Shown one piece after another: positions 22,318 to 33,184 of a stretch of DNA of 64,000 nucleotides (its first letter is position 1; the number at the start of each line of letters is the position of its first letter). The stretch comes from Candidatus Marinacidobacterales bacterium. Its GTDB lineage: Bacteria > Acidobacteriota > Vicinamibacteria > Marinacidobacterales > DATDRI01. Below the pieces are notes generated by a model. That model saw only the letters and a program-made list of their open reading frames with translations. It made no database searches and was not told where the DNA came from. The position numbers were made by a program, and so were the translations under genes. The stretch covers positions 4,320,001 to 4,384,000 of the forward strand of contig CBDCNP010000002.1 of assembly GCA_965219415.1 (NCBI GenBank), written 5' to 3'.

Positions 22318-24462
22318 TCATTGTCTTGCCTGAAAACGGACACTGTATAGGGCGACTCCCAGGTTGCGGCTGTCCGCTTCTCCGGGTGGACTCAAGGCCG
22401 AGACGCTGATTATCAGTTTGTGTTTGCTGTCCCTTCCAGCGCCGATAAGGGTGTCCGGAACGGACAGGGTTTCCTCTCTCCTTTCTCCAGGTCCCAGCCC
22501 GAACTCGCCAATCTTCCGGGAGTCCATCAGCACTTGAACCTGTTGATCGGGATTGCGGCCGTGATTTGCCGCCTCAACGCTGACGTTGTATCGGCTACCG
22601 GGCTTGAGCCGCGCGTACAAGACCGCCCGCCGCGAGCTCATCCACCTCCAGGTTTCGTCGCCGTCGGTCTCGAACGGGTGCCATCCCATTCCGTAGTGAA
22701 ACGTTTCGTCGGACGGTGAGAAGGTGATCGCATTGCCCCGTCCATCGAAGAGAGGGAGCGCTTCCTCACCGTGAAAGGTGATGCTGTTCAAGGCCACACC
22801 CAGGCGCCGAGGATCTCCTCTCCCCGGCGGGTTCAAAACATCCACGCTGACGGAGACCTTGTAGCGAAAAGCACCTGGAGAGAGGAGACTGGCCGGCAGG
22901 CGAACCGTCTCTACCTTCCGCTCTCCCCGCTCCATATCGAACGCGCCGAGTTCCACCGAATCCAACCACACTCGCACCTGTTGATCTGGATTGTGAACGT
23001 GGTTGCGCAGGTCCAACTCGAGGCGGTAGTTGAGGCCGGCTTGCAATCGAACATAAAGGTGTGCGACTGGTGCGCCCATCCATCGGTAGGTATTTGTTCC
23101 GTCACTCTCGAAAGCAAACCAGCCTTGACCGAAATGTCCTTCCGGCTCTCCGGGGATGAAGGCGATGGTCTCACCCTCTCCGTGAAACTCGCGTAGTCCC
23201 ATCAAAGCGTGGGTCTTCGAACCATAGGTCAGAACTAAGATCGTCACCATCGAAGCCAACACCACCCAGGGAAGCTTTTGCACCACCACCGTGCTTTCTT
23301 TCTGAGGTCGTTCCCACTTGACGATCGAGATCACTGTCCAGAGGAACAGGGCAGCAACAACGAGTTGGTCGATCGTTTTCGCCTCTTCGTAGCCGAAAAT
23401 CTTCTTTGGGATCAACAACAACGAGATCATGAGAATCGGCAGAAACAGATTTCGAGTCTCTTTCGAACGAAAGGCAATCAACAAAGGGATGTACATCAAC
23501 GTCAGCTTGTAGTCCCAGGACAGCACCGGTATCCAGATCACCAGAATTGTCAAGAGGGTGACCTCGAGAAGTAAGGGAGGATGCCTTCGGAAGAGAAACA
23601 AAACCGCTGCTGCAACTATGGCAAGGCTGAGGAGCGAGTACCACAGGCCGATCCACTGCTGGTTTCGTCCGTACCAATCCGGCCCCAGGAGCGTGGTGAG
23701 AAACTGCTTGTAAGGCACCACCAGGCTCGAGTTCAGGCAGGCATCGGTAGACTCGAAACAGTATTCGGCGGCTTTCTGGATCTCTCCCAGGAAGGTCTGG
23801 AGTTGATGAATCACCGGGCCTTCAAAAGCCAGGAAGGAAAGACTGCTTAAACCGACCAACAACGCCGCCGCTTGAAAAAAGGTCCGGAAGTCGCGGCGGA
23901 CGAAAAAAACAACCATGAACAGAGCCGGGTAGAGTTTCACTGCTGCGGCAACTGCCAGGAGGATAGCCGACAAGGTCCGCCAGTTTCGCCACTGGTAGCC
24001 GGTCAGGGCAAGATAAATCCAGACAAAGACCCATCCGTCGGCGTTCCCCCGGTCCAGGAGAAACAACACCGGATAGCTGCAGAAAACCAGGGGGATGGCG
24101 ATCAAAAAGCGCTCGGGTAGCTCCAAGCCGTCGAGGCTCCGGTCGACGAGAAAGAAAAAAAACAACAGGAAGCCGCCCAGATACAGAACCGTCGCCCAGG
24201 CCATGGGGAGTTGCGCCAGACCAGCGTAAACAAGCAGGCCGAACGGACCGTAGGGCACGGCTTCGAAGGGGAGGTAGGCTCTGATGTTGTCGAAGGGCGC
24301 CAGCTTGCTGCTGATACCCAGCGGTCGGACGTAATCGTTGACGACGAGATCGGGACGTTCCCCGAAGCCGCTCAGCGGCCAGGCGGCACCAGCGTAGTGG
24401 CCGGCAATGACGTAGTGGAAACAAAGACCCAGTCCAGTGCCGAGGAGGAGAAACACCGCCAC
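22318..24462 (-). CDS. GT87-like (GT-C) glycosyltransferase with two C-terminal beta-sandwich repeats
   Basis: PYGPFG, LDRGNAD, VKLYP, WDYKL; two repeats GWxxFE..RWM..DxRxLGVAL. Confidence 0.8.
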   Translation of the reverse strand: MAVFLLLGTGLGLCFHYVIAGHYAGAAWPLSGFGERPDLVVNDYVRPLGISSKLAPFDNIRAYLPFEAVPYGPFGLLVYAGLAQLPMAWATVLYLGGFLLFFFFLVDRSLDGLELPERFLIAIPLVFCSYPVLFLLDRGNADGWVFVWIYLALTGYQWRNWRTLSAILLAVAAAVKLYPALFMVVFFVRRDFRTFFQAAALLVGLSSLSFLAFEGPVIHQLQTFLGEIQKAAEYCFESTDACLNSSLVVPYKQFLTTLLGPDWYGRNQQWIGLWYSLLSLAIVAAAVLFLFRRHPPLLLEVTLLTILVIWIPVLSWDYKLTLMYIPLLIAFRSKETRNLFLPILMISLLLIPKKIFGYEEAKTIDQLVVAALFLWTVISIVKWERPQKESTVVVQKLPWVVLASMVTILVLTYGSKTHALMGLREFHGEGETIAFIPGEPEGHFGQGWFAFESDGTNTYRWMGAPVAHLYVRLQAGLNYRLELDLRNHVHNPDQQVRVWLDSVELGAFDMERGERKVETVRLPASLLSPGAFRYKVSVSVDVLNPPGRGDPRRLGVALNSITFHGEEALPLFDGRGNAITFSPSDETFHYGMGWHPFETDGDETWRWMSSRRAVLYARLKPGSRYNVSVEAANHGRNPDQQVQVLMDSRKIGEFGLGPGERREETLSVPDTLIGAGRDSKHKLIISVSALSPPGEADSRNLGVALYSVRFQARQ

Positions 24463-24942
24463 GAAACGGGGGGCAGTATAGTCGCCGCTGAATCTAACTG
24501 TTCTCAGGGGAATCCTCGCCCTTATCGAGATCGGTTGCTACGGCTCGGAAAGGTCTCGGACGCTCTCGACCATTCGTCCGACGCGGGCGGTCCGACATCC
24601 TTCGAGCGCAATGACCTTTTTGGGAGCGGCTCGAGGTGCTTCTGCCATCAACTGAACCCGTCACGTGCTGCGCGTGACACTGCCTGATCGGTCATCTCAA
24701 TTCCCTGTTCGATTATCTCAAATTCACTGGCTTCGGGTAAGGCGACCCCAGGGACCGCGCCCCCGGGCGCTTCTCCGCTCCACTTGGGCAGCGTTGCTAA
24801 GACAGATTTGGCAGAGCCAGGTCGACCGGCACGAACCAGCCGAGCATGGCAGTCTAAAACCCACAATCAAAGCTGGATCAACTTATTGCGGAGCACAGGT
24901 TTATGGCGTGAAGGTTCACCGTAGTGTATTCTGCCTGGCGCA

Positions 24943-26332
24943 ATGTGGATTACTTCCGGCACGATCCGCCCGGGGTACGACTGCTATGTAATCGGCTCTG
25001 GCCCGGCGGGCATCACGCTCGCCCTGGAGCTGGCCAAGAAAAATAAGAAGGTGCTGGTCTTTGAGTCCGGCACTGCAACGGATGCTCGGGCCGACATGCC
25101 AAACGCCATCAACCAAGGACACCTTCCAGACGGCTGGTGGGATAGACACTCTACACGTACACTCGGTGGCACCTCAAAGGTCTGGACAGGCTGGTGTACC
25201 ACGTTAACGGAGCGGGATTTCGATAACCCGGCCGTCGGCGTTCGCTGGCCGATTACTCGCACCGAGTTGGTGCCGTACTATCGGCGCGCGGCTGAAGTCC
25301 TGGACCGAGATACCTCTATCGTCGATGTCGAGACGCCCCTGGTGCCGGGGTTCGTCTACCGACCGTTCTCAAGAGCTACTCCGACCCGTCTCGGCCTCAA
25401 GTATTTCGATGTACTGGAGAAATCCTCGACGATTCACGTTGCGCTCGCCTCCTCGGTGGTTGGCCTCGACGCCGATACGTCTCGCTCCGCGGTACGGACG
25501 CTGACGTATTTTCATCATTCTTCAAGCACCACGCACCAGCTTGCCATCGATCCCGCACAGCCGGTCGTCCTCGCGGGCGGCGGCATCAGCAACGCGCAAC
25601 TGCTACTTCAGCCTCGCTCGGACGGTGCGGTCCCGGTCGGCAACGAGAGCGACCAGGCAGGGAAGTTCCTGATGGAGCATCCGCATTTCATTGGAGTGGC
25701 CGAACTCGTGCTTGACGAAGACCTGAACCGGCAACCCAGGCCCGCTGCCTTTGGGGGAATCACCCATGCGATGGTGCCGGACAATGCCCTGACGATGCAG
25801 TACGGGTTATTCGGGTGCAGTGTGGACTGTCAAGACCAAACTACCGATCAATCCAATGGTCGAATATCTCTCCAGGGAGTACGGGAAGCCCTTCTATCAC
25901 TACACCAGCTCGGTACGATCTGAAATGTTGCCCTCTGCCAGTAACCGTGTGTTGCTGACCGGGGAACGCGACGCCGCGGGGTTCTACCGGCCCAGCGTCC
26001 GATGTGTCTTCAACGCCGGGGACTTCCTCAACGCGGAGACGACGCTGCGGCTCCTCGGAGAATTGCTGATAGAGTCGAAGAAGGGCCGGGTACGCATTCA
26101 CAATAATGTCCTATACCGGCGGGCGGACGGTGGCGGGCACATCATGGGAACGACCAGAATGGGCACGAGTCGGTCGACTTCGGTGGTCGATCGAGACTGC
26201 CGGGTGCACGGGTACCGCAACCTGTTCGTCGCTGGCTCGTCCGTGTTTCCCACCGGCGGGTACGCGAACCCGACGCTGACGATTGTCGCGTTGTCTCTGC
26301 GACTGGCTGACACTCTCGCGACGTCACGGTGA
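24943..26332 (+). pseudogene. GMC-family FAD oxidoreductase, single frameshift at ~25850
   Basis: IGSGPAG, LGGTSKVW and LMEHPH in one frame; HIMGTTRMG, VVDRDCRVHG and NPTLTIVAL in the next. Confidence 0.85.
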
Positions 26333-26949
26333 AGATGCCTGACATGACACGCCGCATCTCACGACGGACATTCGTGATGGGGTTCGGCGGTGGTGCCGCT
26401 TCCGCTTCGCTCGTCTGGGGACTCTGGGGGTTTAGGCGTTGGCCGCAAACGCCCGGCGAAGAACATCCGGTCATCGCGAGGTGTTGTGCCTACGCCGAGT
26501 ACGATGGTTGGCTGGTCACGACCGAGGACAAAAGACGCCTCCCCTTAATTATTGTACTGACCTACACCAGCGGCTGGTACCCGAAGGAAACAGGAGGCGA
26601 AACGCCGGGGCGATGGACCCATCAGGCCGCCACACTGTCGTTTTTGAACCCGAAAGCGGACGCGACGTTCTCCCTCGACTACGCCGCACGCGCGAAGCAG
26701 ACGGTCACGGTCAGCGTCGGCGGCCAACTGCTGCAGTCATTCGTCACCGATGCTTCTGGCCGCCGCCGCTGCCGCCGTATTCTCCTCCCCGCCGCAGTGC
26801 TGGGAAATGGGGATAGGGCCGAGATTCAGATCACTGTGGACCGGACGTTCGTGCCAGCGAATCTGATCGTGGGCTCGCGCGACGCCCGTGAACTCGGCAT
26901 TAAGGTCTATCATGCTGCCGTTGAACGCGATCCTGTTCCAACTCCCTGA
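26329..26949 (+). CDS. Putative Tat-exported protein with beta-sandwich domain
   Basis: SRRTFV twin-arginine motif; GWY..E..RWT; DARELGI; 4-bp overlap with the GMC gene. Confidence 0.6.
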   Translation: MKMPDMTRRISRRTFVMGFGGGAASASLVWGLWGFRRWPQTPGEEHPVIARCCAYAEYDGWLVTTEDKRRLPLIIVLTYTSGWYPKETGGETPGRWTHQAATLSFLNPKADATFSLDYAARAKQTVTVSVGGQLLQSFVTDASGRRRCRRILLPAAVLGNGDRAEIQITVDRTFVPANLIVGSRDARELGIKVYHAAVERDPVPTP

Positions 26950-27162
26950 CGGGTACTGCCAAGTTTGACGAAAAGCTAGCTGTGCCCGCGATGGTTCCAA
27001 TGGAACCCGTTATGTGCTGTACGTAATATTTCCCCTGTTCGCTTATCTCTATTCTCCTGTTCTTCCAGAGCAAATTCACTGAAACTCGGCCGCTCTCTGG
27101 TCGCGCGTTTCCGAGATCGTTACCCCTCCGCCATCCAGTGTCTGGAGAAGGACCTCAAGGAG

Positions 27163-28622
27163 GGGGATGTCCCGCCGGATGTTGAATTTGGGGTAGCGGC
27201 GGCTCCTTGGCCGGCCTAAGAATAGGTCTGCCAAACAACCGTCTCCAGAGGGGGACAAAGAGCCACCAATGCCTAGGAAATCAAAGAAGCCAGTAAGAAA
27301 GCAAACGCACTCGCCTACGGGCAAGGTAGTTGGCCAAGTCGGTCAGATACTGCTACCGATGATAGCTGGGATCGCGGCCACGAAGGCGGAACTGACGGAA
27401 TGGGTGTACGAGCAAGGACTGACAGCTCTGCACCTACTGCTCAGAGAGGACGCCGAGGAGATCGCGGGGCTCAAGGGCAAGCACGAGAAGGAGCGAACTC
27501 ATAACCACTGGGGGAGCACGAACGGAGAGCTGAGCTTCGGTGGTCGTCGCATCCAAGTGTCGCGACCTCGAGTTCGCTCGAAGTCGGGCGAGGAGGCGTC
27601 GCTTCCACACTTCGAAGCCTTCCGCGAAGAAGACCCGCTTCCAGAGCGAGTGTTGAATCAGATCTTGGTGGGGGTATCGACCCGAAATTACGAATCGAGT
27701 CTGAACAAACCCGCGGCCAAGTTGAAGTCTCGTGGCACGAGTAAGAGTGCCGCCAGCCGTCACCTCGTGAGCCAGACGACTAAGAAGCTCGAGGAATACC
27801 TGTCTCGGCGGCTAGAGGAGTTCGAGCTTGCGGCACTGATGCTGGATGGCCTTGAGGTGGCCGGACAGACCGTCGTCGTAACTCTAGGTATCACAATAGA
27901 TGGAACGAAGGTGCCCCTGGGTATATGGCTGGGCTCGACGGAGAACTCTCGGGTGTGCACCGCGATGTTGCAGGACCTTCTCGAGCGGGGCTTGCGCGTC
28001 GATGAGTCGATTCTCTGCGTAGTGGACGGAGGCAAAGGCATCCGCAAGGCACTCGTCGACGTTTTGGGGGACCTCGCGGTCATCCAAAGGTGCCAGATCC
28101 ATAAACTCCGGAATCTTCGCTCGTACCTTCCCAAGTCTCGTCACGCCTACGTACTCCAGACGATGAAGGAAGCCTACAAGTGCAAGAGTGCCGACAAGGC
28201 GCGCAAGCGACTTCAGGCATTGGTGTCGTGGCTCGAGCGAAACGGCTACGACGAAGCTGCCGGAAGCCTTCGTGAAGGGATGGAAGAGACACTCACGGTC
28301 GTGAAGCTCGCGCTGCCCGCCTTACTTCGCCAGTCTCTTGCCACGACGAACGCCATTGAGAATCTCAACGGAACCATTCGCAGAGTATCGAGAAACGTCA
28401 AGCGTTGGAAGAGTCCTTCCATGGTTCGCCGATGGACCGCTCTTGGCGTCGTCACCGCGCAGAAAAAGTTCCGGCGTATCAAAGGCTATCGCCATATGGG
28501 CGCTTTCGTTCACGCGCTTAGAAGCAAACAGAAATCTCTTGACAGCGATGAGTTTGCTGCCTAAGAGTATTCACAGGTGCCGCCGCTACCCGACCAAATT
28601 CAACAGCGGCCGGGACATCCCC
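27163..28622 (+). mobile_element. IS256-family element with 8-bp TSD
   Basis: TIRs GGGGATGTCCCG / CGGGACATCCCC; TSD TCAAGGAG at 27155-27162 and 28623-28630. Confidence 0.92.
27269..28564 (+). CDS. IS256 transposase
   Basis: MLDG, VVDGGKG, QRCQIHK, TTNAIENLN. Confidence 0.95.
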   Translation: MPRKSKKPVRKQTHSPTGKVVGQVGQILLPMIAGIAATKAELTEWVYEQGLTALHLLLREDAEEIAGLKGKHEKERTHNHWGSTNGELSFGGRRIQVSRPRVRSKSGEEASLPHFEAFREEDPLPERVLNQILVGVSTRNYESSLNKPAAKLKSRGTSKSAASRHLVSQTTKKLEEYLSRRLEEFELAALMLDGLEVAGQTVVVTLGITIDGTKVPLGIWLGSTENSRVCTAMLQDLLERGLRVDESILCVVDGGKGIRKALVDVLGDLAVIQRCQIHKLRNLRSYLPKSRHAYVLQTMKEAYKCKSADKARKRLQALVSWLERNGYDEAAGSLREGMEETLTVVKLALPALLRQSLATTNAIENLNGTIRRVSRNVKRWKSPSMVRRWTALGVVTAQKKFRRIKGYRHMGAFVHALRSKQKSLDSDEFAA

Positions 28623-28932
28623 TCAAGGAGACCGTCATCTATCTTCGCTTTCCCACGGGACATCACAAGCACATCCGAACCACCAATCGACTCGAACGAC
28701 TTTACGGCGAGGGCCAGCGTCGCTCCAAGGTGATCCCGCGGTCTCCTTCTGAGACGTCGTCCCTGACCTTATGTACGCCACGCTCATTACCGCGTCGCGC
28801 CGGTGGCGAGGCGTCCGGATCATCTCCTCTGTCTGCGAGGACGGTCGAGTGTTTTTTGCGTGAGGTGGTGGTTGTGGCGCAACCGAACGCATGTCGCCGA
28901 AGCCCGCCGGCAACGCGATTACGTGACTTGAT

Positions 28933-29973
28933 TTACCGCGGCCGGGCAAGAATGAAATCGAAAGGCTCGGATAGATACTGCCTTTGAAACGAGCCGCTCA
29001 ACCGCCATACGCCGGCATCGACCACGAAGTGAGACATCACTAGGCCCAGGTAGCAGCCAAAAACGAAACGACCGCCGCCACCCCAGATGAGCTCGTCACT
29101 CATCAACATCAGCACTCCGCCGCCAATCAACGCCAGAAGCGCAACGGTGGCTACCCGCCCGAGAGCCCTTCCCTGCCGACGGTTGCCGCTCACGAAATAC
29201 ATGAACACGAAATACTGGAATCCATGCGCCAGCGCGTAGCTCAATATGGCAGAGGGCATGTCGCGGAACAAGAACGTGGGTAGATAGAAGAGAGCACAGA
29301 GAAGCAGACCCCCGAGTCGAGCCGGTGACCTGATAATGGCTGGATTGGAAACGAGCACGCCTATCACGAACAAAGGCAGGACGAGATAGACGGCGAGCCC
29401 GGTGTAGTAGAGAAGGACCTCTGAACCTTCCAGAACGGTTCCTTCCTGAAGCCCCATCAATCGCACCATCCCCAGAATCCCTGCAATCACTCCCAGATTC
29501 AGTATCACTTTCTCCAGCCAGTGCAGTCGCACCGTGTCGGTCGCGGCCGAAACAAAGGCAAGGATCCCGTAGTTCTGCCGCATGTAGTGGTAGGTCTGCC
29601 AGGAGAAATAATAGAGCAGAATGTAAGAGGTATAGGCGACACCCAGCGAGTGATAGAGGAGACCGGTGACCAGAACCAGAGTCAGAGGCGCCACCAAATA
29701 GCGACCGCGATGTTCACGCATGTAGCTCTTCAGCGGTCTGTCGGTATAGAAGAATAAAGTCGTCGCGACGTGACCGTTGGCGCCCAGGAAGATCAACAGG
29801 TTGGTAACCGACTCGATACTGGTAGAGGCAGGCGTGACCCTTGCCAAGAGCGGCATGAGAACCAGAGGAGCCACGGTAGCCAGCAACAGCAGGGAAAGAA
29901 AGAGCGTACGGTTTTTCTCGTAATCGGAAGCCTTTTCTGTAGGAGCGGCAGGCTGCGCCGTGACGGCAACCAT
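28933..29973 (-). CDS. Polytopic membrane protein with conserved-looking His motifs, function unknown
   Basis: GHVATT, WQTYHYMRQNYG, AHGFQY, SHFVVD; about 8 TM segments; ATG at 29973. Confidence 0.65.
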   Translation of the reverse strand: MVAVTAQPAAPTEKASDYEKNRTLFLSLLLLATVAPLVLMPLLARVTPASTSIESVTNLLIFLGANGHVATTLFFYTDRPLKSYMREHRGRYLVAPLTLVLVTGLLYHSLGVAYTSYILLYYFSWQTYHYMRQNYGILAFVSAATDTVRLHWLEKVILNLGVIAGILGMVRLMGLQEGTVLEGSEVLLYYTGLAVYLVLPLFVIGVLVSNPAIIRSPARLGGLLLCALFYLPTFLFRDMPSAILSYALAHGFQYFVFMYFVSGNRRQGRALGRVATVALLALIGGGVLMLMSDELIWGGGGRFVFGCYLGLVMSHFVVDAGVWRLSGSFQRQYLSEPFDFILARPR

Positions 29974-29978
29974 GATCT

Positions 29979-30479
29979 CTATCGGCCGGGGAGCGGGACG
30001 ATCTCCATCGAGGCCATGCCCAGGCCCAGTAAACGCGAATCGTCGCCTCCCTGGAGCTCTCGTGGGCTTATCGGGTGAGGAACAGTGAAGTGAACACTTC
30101 GAGAGGCGCCGATCTCTTCGAAGAAGATCTCGTGCCGTTCCAGCTCTGCCGATAGAGGTAACACCTGGTACGCGTCTCCAACCGTGACTCCAATCGGTTC
30201 GCTGGCGTTGGGTCCAAAGGCTTTCGCGGTGAGAATCAGCGAAAAGCTGCCTGGAAGCCTCCCCATGAAGCTGACCGAGGCCTCTTTGCTCGTCGACCAG
30301 CGACCCCAAGGCTCAGCACTGGAAAAACCGCTCAAGCTAACCGGGCGGGGCATGGCTTCGGAGAAGCGAAGCTCAAGCGGAAGAGGGAGCGGGCGGACGC
30401 TCCACCCAACGACTCCAATGTAGGCGGCAGCAACCGTCATCAGTGTCACTACCCAGACCTTTGGCCCAAACGAAAGCAC
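29979..30479 (-). CDS. Membrane-anchored beta-sandwich (DUF7024-like) domain, probably 5'-truncated
   Basis: SGFSSAEPWGRWS, AFGPN, DSRLLGLG. Confidence 0.6.
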   Translation of the reverse strand: MLSFGPKVWVVTLMTVAAAYIGVVGWSVRPLPLPLELRFSEAMPRPVSLSGFSSAEPWGRWSTSKEASVSFMGRLPGSFSLILTAKAFGPNASEPIGVTVGDAYQVLPLSAELERHEIFFEEIGASRSVHFTVPHPISPRELQGGDDSRLLGLGMASMEIVPLPGR

Positions 30480-30674
30480 GACCGACCAGTTCCTTTACGA
30501 CGCCTATCCTATCACGGCCCGATTGCTACGTTTCTTCGTGGTAGGTACCATCGACATGCGCCCGAAAGCGCTCAATCCGTCATTCTCGGTGGTGGGCGCG
30601 GTGATCGCTGGACTTCAGGCGGGGCGTCGCGGCAAATGCCGTTTGGATGGCTGTGTCACGTACCGACTTTTCAT

Positions 30675-30840
30675 GGTGCTTCCGCCATTAAGTGTTGGTG
30701 AGATGACGCTAAGACTTTACGCTGCATTAAATTACAGCCAAAATAGCGCTCACGACCTTCGCCGCGCGCTAAATGGAGCGTAAGCGCTTTTTTTGCAAAG
30801 GGATACGTACACATCACCAACAGCAAACAGCGCAAGCACC
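30675..30840 (+). mobile_element. IS1-type MITE copy 4
   Basis: Homologous to 483-649. Confidence 0.85.
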
Positions 30841-30993
30841 AGAGGAATCATCAAGGCAAGGAGAATCTGCTGCTGTTCCCAGCCAGCGACCAGTTACCTC
30901 AGTCCGAGCGCAAGGTGCGCTCCCGTGAACGGCTTGGCGGGCTGCTACGTTTCTACCATCGGGAAGCCGCATGAGTATTTTGACCTCACGGGT

Positions 30994-32967
30994 TCATTTA
31001 GAGAGGCGCAGGCTCCGAACGTTGGCTAGGGGCACGCCAGCCTTCTCCTCGAATTCAAGGCACAGTAAATTTTCACCAGGAATCAACAAGCGCTGGGGTA
31101 GGTCCGTTCTATGTTTCTCCCACTCCTTGCCCAACGGCCACCTGACCAAAACATGTCCGTTCAGCGTGACCGCAGCTATTACGAGGCCGCGGCGCGGGTG
31201 GGCTCGGGCCTCGACATGGAAGCGGAGGTCGGAGGGATCGAGGAGGGCAAACCTCATACAGGCCTGACCGCCCAAGACCTCCCGGTACCGAGGGAACCCA
31301 GCCGCGTTGCGCGGCACAGACCAGTCGCCAGTCAGGAACGTGCGCTCCGGAACAGCCATGTTGATTCGCCCGTCTCGGGCGGTTTTGCTCCAGAAGAAAT
31401 AACGGCCAACAAAGTAGTCGTAGACCAGGGAGCGGCTCGAGGGACCCGCAAGGAAGCCCAGCCATGATTCTGCCTTCCGCCGAGCGAGACGTGCCTGCCG
31501 GGCCAGGAGGTCGTCAACCGCCGCTTCGTTAGGAAAAGCGTGATTCCGCCACAGCGTGACGAACCCGGTATTCCAGAGGAAAAGCGCTGTGAGGACCACT
31601 ACTGGGGCTACCAGAGGCGCCGCGATCGCACCCTCCAGCAGTGTTGCATAGCCCAGAGCGGCGAGGGGAACGATGATGTCGAAACGCCGCGCTCCAAATG
31701 CATCGCTACCGTTCCAGCCGAAGGAGGGAAAAAGAGAACCGTTCAACCAGGCCGTGAGCAGAAACGTGAGCAGCCCAGCTCCAGCGAGCAACTTCCACCT
31801 CCGAAAGCCTATGGCCAGACCAACCACGCCGACGAACATCCCGGGCGTCCAAGAGAAGAACCCGCGATCTGCAGAGAACAGAACCGAAAGAAAGCGGGGA
31901 GACCGCAAGGAGAGCCAGCTCTCTTCCAGCATGCCCGGGCCGAGTCCAAAGGGTGAGCCGTAGATAATCCACCAGACGAGAATCTGCGGAAGGACGGCGG
32001 CGAGGGACGCTACCACGCCCCCAAGAATCCAGGAGAAGTGTATCCTGCGGCGCCAGAGCTGAACTAACCCCAAGGAGATGGGCAGTATCGCATAGGCCAC
32101 GGCTTGGAAACGCACCAAGGTCAGCAGTCCGGTCGCAGCTCCGAGGACGACCCAAGAGCTCAGAGACGGCGACTCCTCGACCCTCAGCCACGCGGCCAGT
32201 GTAGCAGCGGCCAGCCCGAAGGCGATGCCGTGAGCCATGCCGGGCTGTACGAAAAGGTAGAACACGACCGGCGACGTGAGGACCGCCCCCCCCACCGCCA
32301 GCAGGGCCACGGCCTCCCGGACGCGGCGGGCGAGGGCTTGGATGAGTAGGAGGGCTCCGATGACGGCGACTGTGAAGGTGCCGGGCAGGGTGGAGCGGAG
32401 GTAGGGGATGCTGAACCCGTCTGCGGCGTAGTTGACGAGCCCGAGGGCTCGGCCGACCACGACGTAGCCATGGGCGACGGCAAAGAAGGGGGCCCAGAAC
32501 AGGCTCGGCCCGATGGAACCCTCGTTCACCCGATGCCCGGTCCGGGTGATCGGTTTCTCGCTGTATCCCCAGTGGTCCCACTCGTTGGCAAAGTCGATGT
32601 CGTGGTCGAAGGCCAGCGATCGCAAATAGGAATAGTACGTGGGGGCGTCCGTCCGGAGCAGATAGGGTTCCGCCCAGGCCCCTGCTCCGTACCCGGTGGC
32701 CAGAACCACCGCCACTGCCCACCGACGCCATGTGCCGGCGCGCCAAGCTTCGGCTAAATACCCGCAAAGTGTTAGCAGCGGACCCGCGAGCTGCCCCGCT
32801 CGTGTCGCCGGGTCCAGCGCGGCCGCGAAGGACCAAGCGAGGCCGGCAATCACCAAAGCACCTGGAACAAGTCTGACAACGCTTGCCCGGAACCGCCGCA
32901 TGGCGACTATGTTAACGGTAGGGGCCACGATGATATCCCGTCTCTCGTTGAAACTGAGCGATGGCAA
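30994..32967 (-). CDS. GT-C-type membrane glycosyltransferase (GT39/PMT-like)
   Basis: DAPTYYSYLRSLAFDHDIDF, IGPSLFWAPF, LFSADRGFFSWTP, FGARRF; start uncertain (~32901-32967). Confidence 0.7.
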   Translation of the reverse strand: MPSLSFNERRDIIVAPTVNIVAMRRFRASVVRLVPGALVIAGLAWSFAAALDPATRAGQLAGPLLTLCGYLAEAWRAGTWRRWAVAVVLATGYGAGAWAEPYLLRTDAPTYYSYLRSLAFDHDIDFANEWDHWGYSEKPITRTGHRVNEGSIGPSLFWAPFFAVAHGYVVVGRALGLVNYAADGFSIPYLRSTLPGTFTVAVIGALLLIQALARRVREAVALLAVGGAVLTSPVVFYLFVQPGMAHGIAFGLAAATLAAWLRVEESPSLSSWVVLGAATGLLTLVRFQAVAYAILPISLGLVQLWRRRIHFSWILGGVVASLAAVLPQILVWWIIYGSPFGLGPGMLEESWLSLRSPRFLSVLFSADRGFFSWTPGMFVGVVGLAIGFRRWKLLAGAGLLTFLLTAWLNGSLFPSFGWNGSDAFGARRFDIIVPLAALGYATLLEGAIAAPLVAPVVVLTALFLWNTGFVTLWRNHAFPNEAAVDDLLARQARLARRKAESWLGFLAGPSSRSLVYDYFVGRYFFWSKTARDGRINMAVPERTFLTGDWSVPRNAAGFPRYREVLGGQACMRFALLDPSDLRFHVEARAHPRRGLVIAAVTLNGHVLVRWPLGKEWEKHRTDLPQRLLIPGENLLCLEFEEKAGVPLANVRSLRLSK

Positions 32968-33184
32968 TCCAACGGTTCTGTAAACCTAATTATCCGAATG
33001 CGCTTCGTTGATGCTAACACCGTTCCGCTGCTCATGACACTGGGCCCGTCCTGTGCCAAAATTTGGCCCCTTTGAAATAGACCGGTGCTTCCGCCATCAA
33101 GTGATGGAATGGACTCCTCCACTGACATAGACGGCATCGATGTGCCAAAGTCAGTCGAATACGCATCGAAAAGGAGGAGTCCAA

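Larger units (their letters stand above)
27085..28850 (+). pseudogene. Older IS256 transposase C-terminal remnant interrupted by the element above
   Basis: Rejoined flanks read RYPSAIQCLEKDLKETVIYLRFP...IRTTNRLERLYGEGQRRSKVIP. Confidence 0.75.

Noticed and set aside
21892-22350. 152-aa hypothetical CDS
   Set aside because: The first ~100 codons look coding, but the ORF runs into an IS end at ~22186 and cannot be assigned.
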